A DNA stretch of 59,745 nt, from IMG/VR virus record IMGVR_UViG_2061766007_000865. One strand, given 5' to 3'. The translations under genes and the position numbers were made by a program. This DNA is from an uncultured virus (IMG/VR IMGVR_UViG_2061766007_000865). Lineage: Duplodnaviria; Heunggongvirae; Uroviricota; Caudoviricetes. Positions within the stretch are counted from its first letter, which is position 1. Every line of letters begins with the position of its first letter. A model generated the notes under the pieces. It saw only the letters and a list, made by a program, of their open reading frames with translations. It ran no database searches and was not told where the DNA came from. Shown here in pieces: positions 9,851 to 20,625 of this stretch.

Positions 9851-11191
9851 TTATGCAGTTACCTTCAAAAGATACTCACACTTTACCTTATCTCCAAGAG
9901 TCTTACCCCTATCGCAAGAAAGTTTAACAGCGTCCCTCCATTCACGAGATTCAGTGATTCTAAACCCAATAAGCTTTATCACAATATTACTATAAGCAAA
10001 TTTCTTTACTTCAACTGGATAACTACCTCTTATAGTTTTTCCATCCTTTACCTCGTCTATTGCCATTGGAATACCTAATGTCTCGCACCATAGATAACTT
10101 ACGTCAGCACATAAGTGAGTGCCCATTCCCACTGAATCTTTCATACGGCCATTAACCCATTTATGAAGCTCTATGGATTTATCAACATCAAGAGCATTCG
10201 AATAAACAATTGCCTTTGACTTTGGGTCAATTCCAAGTGACTGATACTTTGCAATGATTTTTTCAGTTTGTTCCTTTTCGTCACCACTATCTACACGCAA
10301 ACCATCAAATGTTTTGGCTAAACGTTTTGAAAGGTTATTAAAGAATACTTTATCTCCGAATGCGTCATACAAATAAAGTCCCACACTTCCATCGAAGCAC
10401 TGACTCCACTTGTCCATCACATTATAGTTGCATTCGAATACACCACTAACGCATTCTTCTGCTGAAATAATCTGATGGCTCATCGTACCAATAGGAGTAA
10501 GGTCAAACTCTTTGGCAAACCACACATTTGAAGTACCAACAAATTTACCTTGTTTAGATGGTTCTACAATTGAACCAACATTACTACCTTTTCCACTTTC
10601 AACAGCTTCTTGTGCTGCTTTTAAACCTCTAACAACTTCACGTTGAACATCGAATGAGAAGCGCCTGCGAGTTCCCATGTCACTCCAGCTAACTCCATTG
10701 GCGATTAGCTTATTTCCTTTACTAAAAGCCTCTTGGAAAACAGTATTCATGTTAACCAATATCATATCTCCATTAACAATATGCATCAATTCAGAGATTG
10801 TAGAAAGAATTGGCATTTCCCACATAATAGTGGAATACCATTTACCCTCAATAACGATTGATAAGTAGCCACTTTGGTCTTGTGAAATATGTACCTCAGA
10901 GGGATTAAATCTGAATCCACGAAGGAAATTGTAATACCAATCTGGAAGGAAGTAAATTTTTCTTTTCATAAAGGCAATCTCTTCTTCTGTAATAATAACA
11001 TCCTTCATGCCGTTAATCTGCTCTTGAAGCAACTCGCCAAATCCTTGTGGATAACGAGTGTGATTACGGTCAAAGAATGCATACCTCACCTCTGCACGTG
11101 GATACGTGTGTAAAATGTAATACTGACACGTAAAAGTGTAGAGGTCATTGTCAGTAAAATGCGTAACAATCTGTTTAATTATCTGTTCCAT
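9851..11191 (-). CDS. pncB: nicotinate phosphoribosyltransferase
   Basis: TDNDLYTFT, WEMPILS, DMGTRRRFS, GTSNV, PIGTMSHQ and GLRVDSGD motifs; start set at MEQIIKQ. Confidence 0.9.
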   Translation of the reverse strand: MEQIIKQIVTHFTDNDLYTFTCQYYILHTYPRAEVRYAFFDRNHTRYPQGFGELLQEQINGMKDVIITEEEIAFMKRKIYFLPDWYYNFLRGFRFNPSEVHISQDQSGYLSIVIEGKWYSTIMWEMPILSTISELMHIVNGDMILVNMNTVFQEAFSKGNKLIANGVSWSDMGTRRRFSFDVQREVVRGLKAAQEAVESGKGSNVGSIVEPSKQGKFVGTSNVWFAKEFDLTPIGTMSHQIISAEECVSGVFECNYNVMDKWSQCFDGSVGLYLYDAFGDKVFFNNLSKRLAKTFDGLRVDSGDEKEQTEKIIAKYQSLGIDPKSKAIVYSNALDVDKSIELHKWVNGRMKDSVGMGTHLCADVSYLWCETLGIPMAIDEVKDGKTIRGSYPVEVKKFAYSNIVIKLIGFRITESREWRDAVKLSCDRGKTLGDKVKCEYLLKVTA

Positions 11192-11648
11192 TAGCAATTT
11201 TTTTTTCGAAACGTTTAAATTTGTAATTATATTTTCTTTTTTTTTTAAGTTGGAAAAATACAACAACTTAACTCTTTGTTTACTACTTTTTATGAATAAT
11301 AGTTTATAAGTTCTTTGGCTAAATTNNNNNNNNNNNNNNNNNNNNNNNNNNNNNNNNNNNNNNNNNNNNNNNNNNNNNNNNNNNNNNNNNNNNNNNNNNN
11401 NNNNNNNNNNNNNNNNNNNNNNNNNNNATAGATACACCAATATGATGTTTAATGTTTACAAGATTTGTACCATTTCTAACGTGACACTCAATTACCACAC
11501 ATTTACCCTCATTAATATAATCTGTAACTTGTGTTTCTGTCAAATTTGACAATCTGAAATTTTCGATATTCATCTTATTTGTAATTTTTAATTTTGGGTC
11601 AACTGCGATGTTATTGCCTATTTTTTTTTTTATTGTCTCTATAAAAGT

Positions 11649-12074
11649 TCAAAGTCCTTTTACTTGTTCTACTTCAAATTCTTCTGGTCTTAGTTTTATG
11701 GGTCTAATTACCTTTACACCTTTTACGCCTACAACACAATTCTTGAAATCTCTGCTTCTTAAATGTAGGAGGAGAATGTGTGGGTATGAATGGTGTACAG
11801 CCATATTAGCAACAATCCACCTATTTTCCAACTGGCTTAAATCTACGTTTGTGTCTTTTCCATACTCTGGAATATAACAACAGAGTCTTACATCCCAAAT
11901 ACCACTATATGGGATTCTGTAATGTTCTACATTACCCCAAAAATATTCGTAGGCAGTCTTATATGTTGAGTACTGGCGACCCCCATCAGTGACTTTGACT
12001 ATATCACCAATACAAACCTCTTGGTTTAAAAACACCTCTTTTTTGCCATTATTCAAGTTACCAATGATTTTCAT
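11649..12074 (-). CDS. hypothetical protein, paralog family C
   Basis: IGD.V.V.DGGRQYSTY..A..YFWG...W...NMAVH...RSRD.KNCVV. Confidence 0.75.
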   Translation of the reverse strand: MKIIGNLNNGKKEVFLNQEVCIGDIVKVTDGGRQYSTYKTAYEYFWGNVEHYRIPYSGIWDVRLCCYIPEYGKDTNVDLSQLENRWIVANMAVHHSYPHILLLHLRSRDFKNCVVGVKGVKVIRPIKLRPEEFEVEQVKGL

Positions 12075-12075
12075 A

Positions 12076-12513
12076 CTAGTTTCTTTTTATTTTATACAAT
12101 TTTTCTGTCCATTCATGGGGTGTTGGGTTATTGCATAATTGGTATATTATGCATTTATGTATGGGTGTTCTGTCACGGTAATGATAATCTGCTAGTTTAA
12201 GTGCTTCCTCACCAACAACGCAGTTTTTACCGTCTCTACTTCTTATGTGGTATAATACAGTGGTTCTATAAAACTCGTGGACTGCCATATTAATGATTTT
12301 CCAAAGTTTTGGCGTTTCCTCTATTTTATCCTCATCTCGAAGTCCCCAAGGAAGATAGTAACGTTCTTTATTTCCCCAGAAATATATGAATGCCTCGTCA
12401 TATGTTGAATATTGAAACCCACTATTTATCACTTCCACATAGTCTCCAATGTTGAATTCAGAGTACAGTGTCACTTCTTTCCCATCATTTAGTTTTGCAA
12501 CAATATAACCCAT
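12076..12513 (-). CDS. hypothetical protein, paralog family C
   Basis: Same motif as 11649 and 13535. Confidence 0.75.
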   Translation of the reverse strand: MGYIVAKLNDGKEVTLYSEFNIGDYVEVINSGFQYSTYDEAFIYFWGNKERYYLPWGLRDEDKIEETPKLWKIINMAVHEFYRTTVLYHIRSRDGKNCVVGEEALKLADYHYRDRTPIHKCIIYQLCNNPTPHEWTEKLYKIKRN

Positions 12514-12566
12514 CAGTAACGAAATCCTCTAACTAGTCTTATAATTCTTGTAAACTCTCTCATATC

Positions 12567-13508
12567 TTATTTCTTATTTTCGATATTCTCATGATACCAA
12601 GTATCAAACTCAGTGAACTCCTTGTCGGAGAACTGCTTGCGTACAGCATCATACTCGATGTAATCGCAATACTTCACCTTAACGATGATACGATTACCAC
12701 TACCATTGCAAAGAGGAATAGTAGGACGTGCTACAATACCCTCTTCAATCATGGTTGGGTCGGCAGCTCCCTCAAATTTGGTTGTGAAACCACTACGAAC
12801 CATATCCTCAATGTCACGCAAGGTCATAACACCCAAGAATGGTACTTGCTCAAGACCAAGACCCTTGCACATTGCATCACGATTCTCCTTTGGCAACCAC
12901 CAACCTTGCTGTTTGATGTCGAACACACGGAAACCGTTTCCATTCTGAATGTAGCGAGAACCACACTTCTGAATACCAGTACCGAAATACTCACCATAGA
13001 TGTAGATAGGAACTTCTTCCATTTTCACACTACTATAATTTGGGTCTTTCTTTTTACCCATAAACTCAATAGCCTTTTCCTCTTCCCAATACCCAACATT
13101 CAAATCATCATCAGCCTCAGCAATGTAGAAGGTAATCTTATTGGTTGCCTTGTTCTTCACTGGTGCAAACCTTGCTGACTCCTTTGGGAACATTGCGCAA
13201 AGCTGTGGCTTTATGCGCTCACCAATCTTCTCAAGCATTTCAAACTGTCCATGCTGTGACTGAGCCTTTTCAGTTTTACCCTCAACACGAATCTCACCAG
13301 TTGAAGGGAAGAATGCAATCTTGGAATTTGTACCATCTATTTTACTAGTGGCTTCCCAAAGGTTGTTGAATAGGTATTCAGCCTCCTTGTTTGAGAACTC
13401 ACCAAGGATAATCTTATTCTTGAACTTCAACCAATCCTTATTTGGACAATCCTTACCATCAAACTGGTATCTTTTATAGAGTGTATCAATTTTTGTAAAA
13501 ACTTCCAT
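12567..13508 (-). CDS. RNA ligase (Rnl2-like)
   Basis: Ligase motifs I KIDGTN, III YGEYFG, IIIa VFDI, IV EEGIV and V KVK. Confidence 0.8.
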   Translation of the reverse strand: MEVFTKIDTLYKRYQFDGKDCPNKDWLKFKNKIILGEFSNKEAEYLFNNLWEATSKIDGTNSKIAFFPSTGEIRVEGKTEKAQSQHGQFEMLEKIGERIKPQLCAMFPKESARFAPVKNKATNKITFYIAEADDDLNVGYWEEEKAIEFMGKKKDPNYSSVKMEEVPIYIYGEYFGTGIQKCGSRYIQNGNGFRVFDIKQQGWWLPKENRDAMCKGLGLEQVPFLGVMTLRDIEDMVRSGFTTKFEGAADPTMIEEGIVARPTIPLCNGSGNRIIVKVKYCDYIEYDAVRKQFSDKEFTEFDTWYHENIENKK

Positions 13509-13534
13509 ATTTTTTTTTTTGTTTTTATCTAATT

Positions 13535-13957
13535 TTANNNNNNNNNNNNNNNNNGTGTTACTCTCCCATTTAAAGGGAGTTTATATATCTCTAAGCAGTC
13601 AAATAAGACTCTATTGCGATTATGGAAATTTGTCAATTCAATACCTTTTCCATTAACCACGCAATTCTTGCCGTCTCTACTTCTTATATGGTAGATTATG
13701 ATATTATCTACCTCATGGACTGCCATATTGATAATCTTCCAAGTTTTTGGCATTTCTCCTATTTTATCCTTATTTTGGCCTTCCCAAGGAAGATAGTAAC
13801 GTTCTTTATTTCCCCAGAAATATATGAAGGCCTCGTCATATGTTGAATATTGCCTACCTCCGTCTACCACCCTCACATGGTCTCCTATGCTAAAAGGTGA
13901 CTCTAGCCCTTCTATTATTTCTCCGCTAATTGTTCTTGCTATAATTTTAATCATCAT
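13535..13957 (-). CDS. hypothetical protein, paralog family C
   Basis: Same motif; 70-nt near-identical DNA block shared with the 12076 gene. Confidence 0.75.
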   Translation of the reverse strand: MMIKIIARTISGEIIEGLESPFSIGDHVRVVDGGRQYSTYDEAFIYFWGNKERYYLPWEGQNKDKIGEMPKTWKIINMAVHEVDNIIIYHIRSRDGKNCVVNGKGIELTNFHNRNRVLFDCLEIYKLPLNGRVTXXXXXX

Positions 13958-14481
13958 TAAAACATATTGATTGAATCAAGAGGAACTTCACATAGATATT
14001 TGAGTCCAAAAACAGTGGTAGTGTAGAATAGTTCTTGTTCATTTAGGGAATATGGGTCAATCCATCCATTATCATTCCAATAGTTAACCAAATCAACAAA
14101 CGTTCTACTATCGCAAGTTGATATATTGTGCATTCTGCAATAGATTGCCCATTTAAAACATACTGTACACCATTTACGTGTGAAACTTAAAGGAGGGGTT
14201 GGACTTCCATTAGCCCAATTAAATGATGCAAAAGTAAAAGTCAACGCCCCATATACCTTATAATGATTGTATGGGCTGCGATAATATTCCATCATCAAAC
14301 GTTTGTAAGGTGCGATGATGGAATGTTTGAAGCTAAGCATATCTTCGTCCTTCAAAAAAGACGTTAAAGACGGTGATATGCGATATCTTTGTAGTCTAAC
14401 TTCTCTCATGAAGTCATCAAATAGATGATTGGACTTCAAAAAGAATCTGAATTCGATAAAAACATTGTCATTTATTTCCAT
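13957..14481 (-). CDS. hypothetical protein
   Basis: ORF directly downstream of the promoter at 14484-14517. Confidence 0.6.
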   Translation of the reverse strand: MEINDNVFIEFRFFLKSNHLFDDFMREVRLQRYRISPSLTSFLKDEDMLSFKHSIIAPYKRLMMEYYRSPYNHYKVYGALTFTFASFNWANGSPTPPLSFTRKWCTVCFKWAIYCRMHNISTCDSRTFVDLVNYWNDNGWIDPYSLNEQELFYTTTVFGLKYLCEVPLDSINMF

Positions 14482-14559
14482 GATGCAAAGATACAAAAAA
14501 TGTTTGGAATAACCAAATTCAATGTGTTAAAAATGGTTATTCCTTACTGTTTTGTGTCT

Positions 14560-14781
14560 TTAAAGAAAAATGTCCTTAAGGGGTTGGACTACGTTTTTCC
14601 AACCAAATAGGCGATTTAAAAGTCCCTCGTTTTCAAGGTCACTCACCAATGTTTTAAGCTCCTCTACAAGTTTCTTATTTGCAGCAACTTCCGCAGACAC
14701 AGAGTACAAGGCAGATTCCAATTCATTAATTTTGTCTCTCATGCCTTGATATTCCTTAATATCAATTTCAATTTTAGCCAT
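14560..14781 (-). CDS. small coiled-coil hypothetical protein
   Basis: 73 aa, heptad pattern, overlaps the pncA stop. Confidence 0.6.
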   Translation of the reverse strand: MAKIEIDIKEYQGMRDKINELESALYSVSAEVAANKKLVEELKTLVSDLENEGLLNRLFGWKNVVQPLKDIFL

Positions 14782-15272
14782 TATATTAACTCAACGTTGT
14801 TTTCCTCTAGAATCTTATATGTATCCTCTGGATTTCCAATCGCCGCCGTACAGTCTTTCAATAAACAAGCCTTGGCATTGGTAAGCACTTTCTTGCCGTC
14901 CAAGATGCTATCCTTGACGCAATAGTCTAGTGCTAGAGCGCAATAATGTACTTCTGCTGTGTTGTCAGCCAATGCTTCCAATACTTTCCTAGACTTATCG
15001 TTCTTGAAGATAGAGTATTCCTCATGGTCTTCATTACAGCCCTTGGTAAGTACTGTGTAGTCAGCCTTTGTTTCATCTAGGACATCGAGTATTGGCTGAT
15101 ATATAGCTGCACCAGTTGAGAACTGAACACAATGAGTAGGCCAAATACCGCCATTGTCCTTGAACGAGCAATGGGTGATTGGATGCCAATCAGTGGTGAT
15201 GATAATCGCACCATACTCCTTGTGATGTCCCTTTAGATATTCTACAAGTCTGTCTAGCGCAGCCTTACCGCC
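14781..15272 (-). CDS. pncA: nicotinamidase (isochorismatase family); N-terminus lost in N-gap
   Basis: Manual extension of the 66-aa track ORF gives TTDWHPITHCSFKDNGGIWPTHCVQFSTGA...KG...EEYSIF...ALDYCV. Confidence 0.85.
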   Translation of the reverse strand, partial: GGKAALDRLVEYLKGHHKEYGAIIITTDWHPITHCSFKDNGGIWPTHCVQFSTGAAIYQPILDVLDETKADYTVLTKGCNEDHEEYSIFKNDKSRKVLEALADNTAEVHYCALALDYCVKDSILDGKKVLTNAKACLLKDCTAAIGNPEDTYKILEENNVELI

Positions 15273-15484
15273 NNNNNNNNNNNNNNNNNNNNNNNNNNNN
15301 NNNNNNNNNNNNNNNNNNNNNNNNNNNNNNNNNNNNNNNNNNNNNNNNNNNNNNNNNNNNNNNNNNNNNNNNNNNNNNNNNNNNNNNNNNNNNNNNNNNN
15401 NNNNNNNNNNNNNNNNNNNNNNNNNNNNNNNNNNNNNNNNNNNNNNNNNNNNNNNNNNNNNNNNNNNNNNNNNNNNNNNNNNNN

Positions 15485-16880
15485 TTTAGGATTCCAACCA
15501 TAGCTGGTCGCAAACTATCTATCAACTTGAAACATTCTTCCTTGGTAATCTTCGGATTCTCGAAATAAGCATTCTTCAAGTGCTCCATCATCTTACCTAC
15601 GATTGGACTTCCCTTCTTGAGTTTAAGGTACTTCATAATATCATTACCATTGATAGGTAGTTTAACATTCTTGGACTCTTCAAGCTCGTCTAGTTCTTCA
15701 ATTCTATTGAGAATGTCCAATACTTGCCTTTTCTTTTTATCATAGGTTTGGTACAAGTTATTGGCATTCATCAAGTCAGCCACGTTTCCGATGTTGTCAC
15801 CACACTCGTTGATAAACTTTCTTATCTTCTTGTCTGGTGGAACAATACCATCAGCATAGTTTCTGAAGAATCTATGGTACTTGATTGAATTCTCAACAGA
15901 GCTAATGATTGCATTCGAAAACTTCATTGTCTTCAAGTCACAGCTAGCAATATCAGCGCTGAAAGAGTCTTGGGATACGCCATAGCCGATGATATTTGCA
16001 ATCTTTCCGACATCATGGAACAATGCAGCAAGCCTAACTTCAAGTTGAGGCTGCACCTTATCAAGNNNNNNNNNNNNNNNNNAGTAAGGGCTGGGTTCTT
16101 TGACTCATATACAGTTGTTAAGTCATAGATATCAGGCATAACCTTATTCAAGATACCGCAATACAGCATCTTACGGATGCATGCGGAAGCGTTCTGACTA
16201 GTAAGGATTTTTGAAATCTCCTCTGTTATGAGTTCTTGCGACGCTTTGGTAATGAATTTGGAGTTTCTGATGATTCCTAACCATGTATTCTTTTCAATTC
16301 CCCATCCCAATATTGCTGAGAATCTGATGGTTCTTAGCATCTTAATTGGTGATTCTTGATAGATTTTATCGATTTCCTCATCACCTAATATACTTGCTGG
16401 ACACCGCAGTGTTCTATTCACCATGTCATCTATTCCATATGATGTTGGGTCATATAGATTGTTATTGGTGACACTATAGTATAATGAATTAATCGTTAAG
16501 TCTCTTATAAATGCATCCTCTGTTATGCTACCAAGCTCCTTATCGATTGAATTCTTTTTTGTCTGAGCAATCTCAAGTGTAATATCTGAGAGTTCCTTGT
16601 CATTGCGCAGAACTACTCTTGCAGTGCCGTATTTTGGATACATCACTGGGTTCTTACCAAACTTATAGCTTTTATCCTTTGCAGCCAATAAAGCTGCAAG
16701 ACCTATGCCACCACCTTCACATTCAACAGCAATGTCAATATCCTTGATGGGCAGTTTCAAGAGTGAGTCTCTTATACACCCCCCAACGAGAAAAACACGA
16801 CCATTAAAGGAAGTGGTCTTAATCTCTTTTTGAAGCCTATCTATTAGCTTCTTATGAACTTCATGCGTAAATAATTCCAT
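15485..16880 (-). CDS. CCA-adding enzyme / poly(A) polymerase family nucleotidyltransferase with HD domain (one gene split by the N-gap near 16070)
   Basis: VGGCIRD..L....KDIDI, RDLTINS, LRTIRF and LAALFHDVGK. Confidence 0.85.
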
Positions 16881-16910
16881 TCTATCTTAAAATTGTATCA
16901 CAAAATAAGT

Positions 16911-18494
16911 TTATTTAATTAATTCGATTGGTCTCATAAACTTAGAGAGGTCATGCTCATAGCTATAAACTAGGTCAGAATCGTTTATTTTTATCCCATG
17001 GAGTAACTTATACACTTGTGGGTAATAAGCGGCAGGAACACCCTTTAAAATGCGTCTGTGACCATCTAAGAAGTCTTCCTTCTCATATACGTTTATGAGT
17101 TTATCAGAGAAAGGTCTCTTAAAGGTTCTCATATGGAGTCTGAATTTGTTCACACGGAACTTGAATCCTTCGAATTCCTCGTCCCTAACTGGAAACTTTT
17201 CAAATTCCTTTACAATGTCTTGTCCATCGTATTTCTTAGACCATCCGTTAAACTTGAAGATAACCTCATCAGTCTTAATTGAGAATGGCTCAAGGAAAAG
17301 ATGGTCATCCATTATCCTACCGAACTTATTTGAGATAAATTTTTCAATAGCTGCCAATCTCTTACCATTGAGCTTGCCCAATACCTCTTGTCTCATTTGT
17401 TTTGCCGAAGCGAGGTATTTCACGTTTGTAAAGCTAGCAACGAATTCTTCCCAAGATTCGCAACAACGCACGATGAGTGGGTTAATATAGCGCAAGGCTT
17501 GGAAATTTGCCTTAATCATGTCGTATGATATAAAGTAGCAGCCATCTTGCTGTTCTGTGTATAATTCATTTGAGCCTACAATTGGTTTATAATCCTTCAA
17601 TGGGGAACTATCAGCCAACATTGCCTTATACTCCTCAGAATTGAGTATATGGGCTAGGATTTGGTCTTTAACACTATGTCTGTGCTCAAGGAATTTGTTG
17701 ATATTCTCGCAGAAGTCAGTCTTAATGGTTTCCAAGAGACCAAGATATTTGCTCTCAGCAAGATATTCACCTTCAAGCATCTTGATTCTTTCCTCAAAAT
17801 AGGGGTCTTCAACTGTTGTGATAGGTAATTTATTGTCATGGATAAAAACCCCTCTAAGATTTTTTAATGCCGTCTCAGTGTGCACTCTTCCTAAAAAATC
17901 TTGGAACTGATACACTCGTTCTTTGGATGCCCAAATATTGGTTATATGAGTAGTGATAAGTTCCTTATAATAGTGTTCTGCTTCTTCATTTGTGTCAAAT
18001 ATCTTGACTTCCTTTCTTGGTATATAATGTCCTCCACATGTGAACGTTTCTGTGATGTCATCGTCAAAATATAAGATGACATGCGGTTTGATTGCAATGC
18101 AGTTTCTATCTTGGTCGTGGTATATACATTCCTTAGATGTGGCAATGTTCCGTCCAGCTGAATACTCAGCTATGGGAATATGCGAATAATATCCGCCGTT
18201 TGACATTTCCCCCCAATGGGATTTGATTGCATCTACCATGTCCTTTACGGAGTAATAGTATTTGTTATGCCATCCCCCATATCTTCCATTGCAAGATGAA
18301 TCTAACTTAAATCCATCTTCCTCGAAATGTATGTTCTTCCTAAAGAGTCTGTATATTGTAGTGCCCTTCTTCACCCTAATGAATGGCGCTATGTCTTCAT
18401 CGAAATACTTAGCATTAACAACCCTAATATGTTTAATGTCTTTTCGATTGTATGTTATTGAACTCTCACCCCCTATAAAAGTATCTTTTCCCAT
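16911..18494 (-). CDS. hypothetical protein (527 aa)
   Basis: Long uninterrupted ORF; function not recognised. Confidence 0.75.
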   Translation of the reverse strand: MGKDTFIGGESSITYNRKDIKHIRVVNAKYFDEDIAPFIRVKKGTTIYRLFRKNIHFEEDGFKLDSSCNGRYGGWHNKYYYSVKDMVDAIKSHWGEMSNGGYYSHIPIAEYSAGRNIATSKECIYHDQDRNCIAIKPHVILYFDDDITETFTCGGHYIPRKEVKIFDTNEEAEHYYKELITTHITNIWASKERVYQFQDFLGRVHTETALKNLRGVFIHDNKLPITTVEDPYFEERIKMLEGEYLAESKYLGLLETIKTDFCENINKFLEHRHSVKDQILAHILNSEEYKAMLADSSPLKDYKPIVGSNELYTEQQDGCYFISYDMIKANFQALRYINPLIVRCCESWEEFVASFTNVKYLASAKQMRQEVLGKLNGKRLAAIEKFISNKFGRIMDDHLFLEPFSIKTDEVIFKFNGWSKKYDGQDIVKEFEKFPVRDEEFEGFKFRVNKFRLHMRTFKRPFSDKLINVYEKEDFLDGHRRILKGVPAAYYPQVYKLLHGIKINDSDLVYSYEHDLSKFMRPIELIK

Positions 18495-18579
18495 ATATTT
18501 AATATATTAAATTTGTCATATGCAAATATATGAAAAAAAAATGAGATAACAAAACGTTATCCCATTCCTTTAAATAAAA

Positions 18580-19347
18580 TTAACCGTTATTAACACTACA
18601 TTCGTAGATTGTGACCAATTGGTTAGGGTCTAGGTTCTTTATAAACCTATCATAGAATGTCGTAATCCAATGTTGTTCCCCTTCCTTATCACTATCTACA
18701 TCTACCCATCCGTTTTCGTCTACAAAGGCATAATTCCAGTAAGAGGTACTGTATGTGACGTAATCTTCTTTGCTTTTGAACTTAGAGAAATAGACTGTCT
18801 TATCCTTCATGGACTTATAGACTTGTTCTTCCTCTTCATCAGTAGGTTCTCGTCCTTCCATTACCATTTCCCATGCAGCCTCATATAGTCTTGGTGGCTC
18901 ATTCATGGCTTCCCAATCCACATCACCAACTTTTGCTGAATATACCTCGCTACCATCTTTTAACTTGAGTGGCAGAGAGAAATTCCTACCTATCCTAGCA
19001 GTCTTCCAATGCCCCTCTTTGTTTTCAGTCGAAAGGGCATTGCCATTCTCATCATAGTACATGCCGTCTGTTAACTCTCTGTAGTATTCAAACGGTGTCA
19101 TTTGGTTAAGAATCTTGATTCTAGTTGATAGGTTTTCTTTCACTGAAGGTTCTAGTCCTATCTTATCAGAATTTGATAGGATATTATCTAGAGCCTTGAT
19201 AGAACTATTAAGGTATTTGTCAGCTTTAAGATATTCATATTTGACATAAGGTTCAACCTCTAAATCAAGTGAATATTTAGACATTAACTCCTTGTGATTC
19301 TCTCCAATAATCATCACAGAAAAGAATTTACTATTTGTATTAGCCAT
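18580..19347 (-). CDS. hypothetical acidic protein
   Basis: 255-aa ORF. Confidence 0.75.
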   Translation of the reverse strand: MANTNSKFFSVMIIGENHKELMSKYSLDLEVEPYVKYEYLKADKYLNSSIKALDNILSNSDKIGLEPSVKENLSTRIKILNQMTPFEYYRELTDGMYYDENGNALSTENKEGHWKTARIGRNFSLPLKLKDGSEVYSAKVGDVDWEAMNEPPRLYEAAWEMVMEGREPTDEEEEQVYKSMKDKTVYFSKFKSKEDYVTYSTSYWNYAFVDENGWVDVDSDKEGEQHWITTFYDRFIKNLDPNQLVTIYECSVNNG

Positions 19348-20485
19348 GATTTATTCTGCTATTAATATTAATTAATGCGTTTTCGATATCTTCTAGCGTA
19401 ATTCCGTTGGGTGGAAGGTCTTGACTCACCCTCACTTGGTTTGCTTCTGTTGAGTTGACGTGAAAAATTTGAGACTCCCTAAGTTCTGTTTGGTTGATAC
19501 CTAAAGTTTCGTAGTCTACGCCGACGAAATAATCTGGGGTTTTCACCACTTGTAACATATCACCAAGTGATGCTTGTTCAGCAGTATCAGTAATAAGGAG
19601 TGGTTTCATGATGAGATGCAGTGATTCATAATCATAATCAGTTAACGATATAGAGAAAATATCATTAACTTTCTCTCTATTAACTCTCCCAAATCCCCCA
19701 TATGCCCATACATAGAGTTTTGAATTAGAGTCCATAATCTGCTTATAGATTTCATCCATTATTTCCCTCTCCTTGTAACAATTATGAGCTACATTCTTAT
19801 CATGGCAGAGCCATTTATTCTTCTTATATTGAGATGGGGTGGGATATGCGAAGCTAGGGCAAGTATTTGTAATGACACAGTTGATATCATAGGTGTCAAG
19901 TATCTCTTTCAGTTGCTCTTTATCATAGATAGGCGCTTCATTCTCCCAATATAGTTTCTTACCACCTAGTTTCTCTTGGGTTAATTTCCACTCTTTATCC
20001 ATAGAAACGCTACCGCCAATGCAGAGGCAATTGAATGTTTTCGTTAAAACCACTGAATAATCTGGAATCGTCTTCACATGTTCAAAGTCAATCTCCCTAT
20101 TGTTAAATATTGAGGGGTTATCATTATTACCCCTTACGAAGAGGATGAAACAGTTGTTATCTCCAAGAACTTTATCTAATTTGCCAAATGTTTCCTCGTA
20201 ATATGTCTTGCTTTTGCTACCGATGCCGCAGCTACCACTTACAATTATCACACTGTGATTGAACGCTGAAGAAGTATGTCCATCACTTAAGAAGGTATCA
20301 CTCAGATACATTGGTATTTCACCATCACCATATACTAGTCTCCTTTGTCTCTCGATTTCTTTGGGATGCTCTTCTTTTTTAAAATTGGAAATATTAGATG
20401 TTACTTTCTTGATAAAACCATCTATGCTTCTGATAGTTCCAAACACATAACACTTCTCGATTTCCTTAAAATTATAAACATTCAT
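19340..20485 (-). CDS. calcineurin-like metallophosphoesterase fold, metal ligands degenerate
   Basis: Motif positions recognisable (VFGTIRS, VSGSCGIG, VRGNNDNP, CIGGSVSMD, ITNTCP, WAYGGFG) but the D/H ligands are replaced. Confidence 0.6.
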   Translation of the reverse strand: MNVYNFKEIEKCYVFGTIRSIDGFIKKVTSNISNFKKEEHPKEIERQRRLVYGDGEIPMYLSDTFLSDGHTSSAFNHSVIIVSGSCGIGSKSKTYYEETFGKLDKVLGDNNCFILFVRGNNDNPSIFNNREIDFEHVKTIPDYSVVLTKTFNCLCIGGSVSMDKEWKLTQEKLGGKKLYWENEAPIYDKEQLKEILDTYDINCVITNTCPSFAYPTPSQYKKNKWLCHDKNVAHNCYKEREIMDEIYKQIMDSNSKLYVWAYGGFGRVNREKVNDIFSISLTDYDYESLHLIMKPLLITDTAEQASLGDMLQVVKTPDYFVGVDYETLGINQTELRESQIFHVNSTEANQVRVSQDLPPNGITLEDIENALININSRINHG

Positions 20486-20625
20486 CTTTTGTTAGGTTTA
20501 AGTTTAACACATACGCTTACATATGCAAAGATATGTATATTTTTGTTAATTTCCAAATTTTTGAGTATAAAAAAAGTGATATGCAGAATACACATATCAC
20601 TTTTCTTGTTGTTTATGACTTTGGA

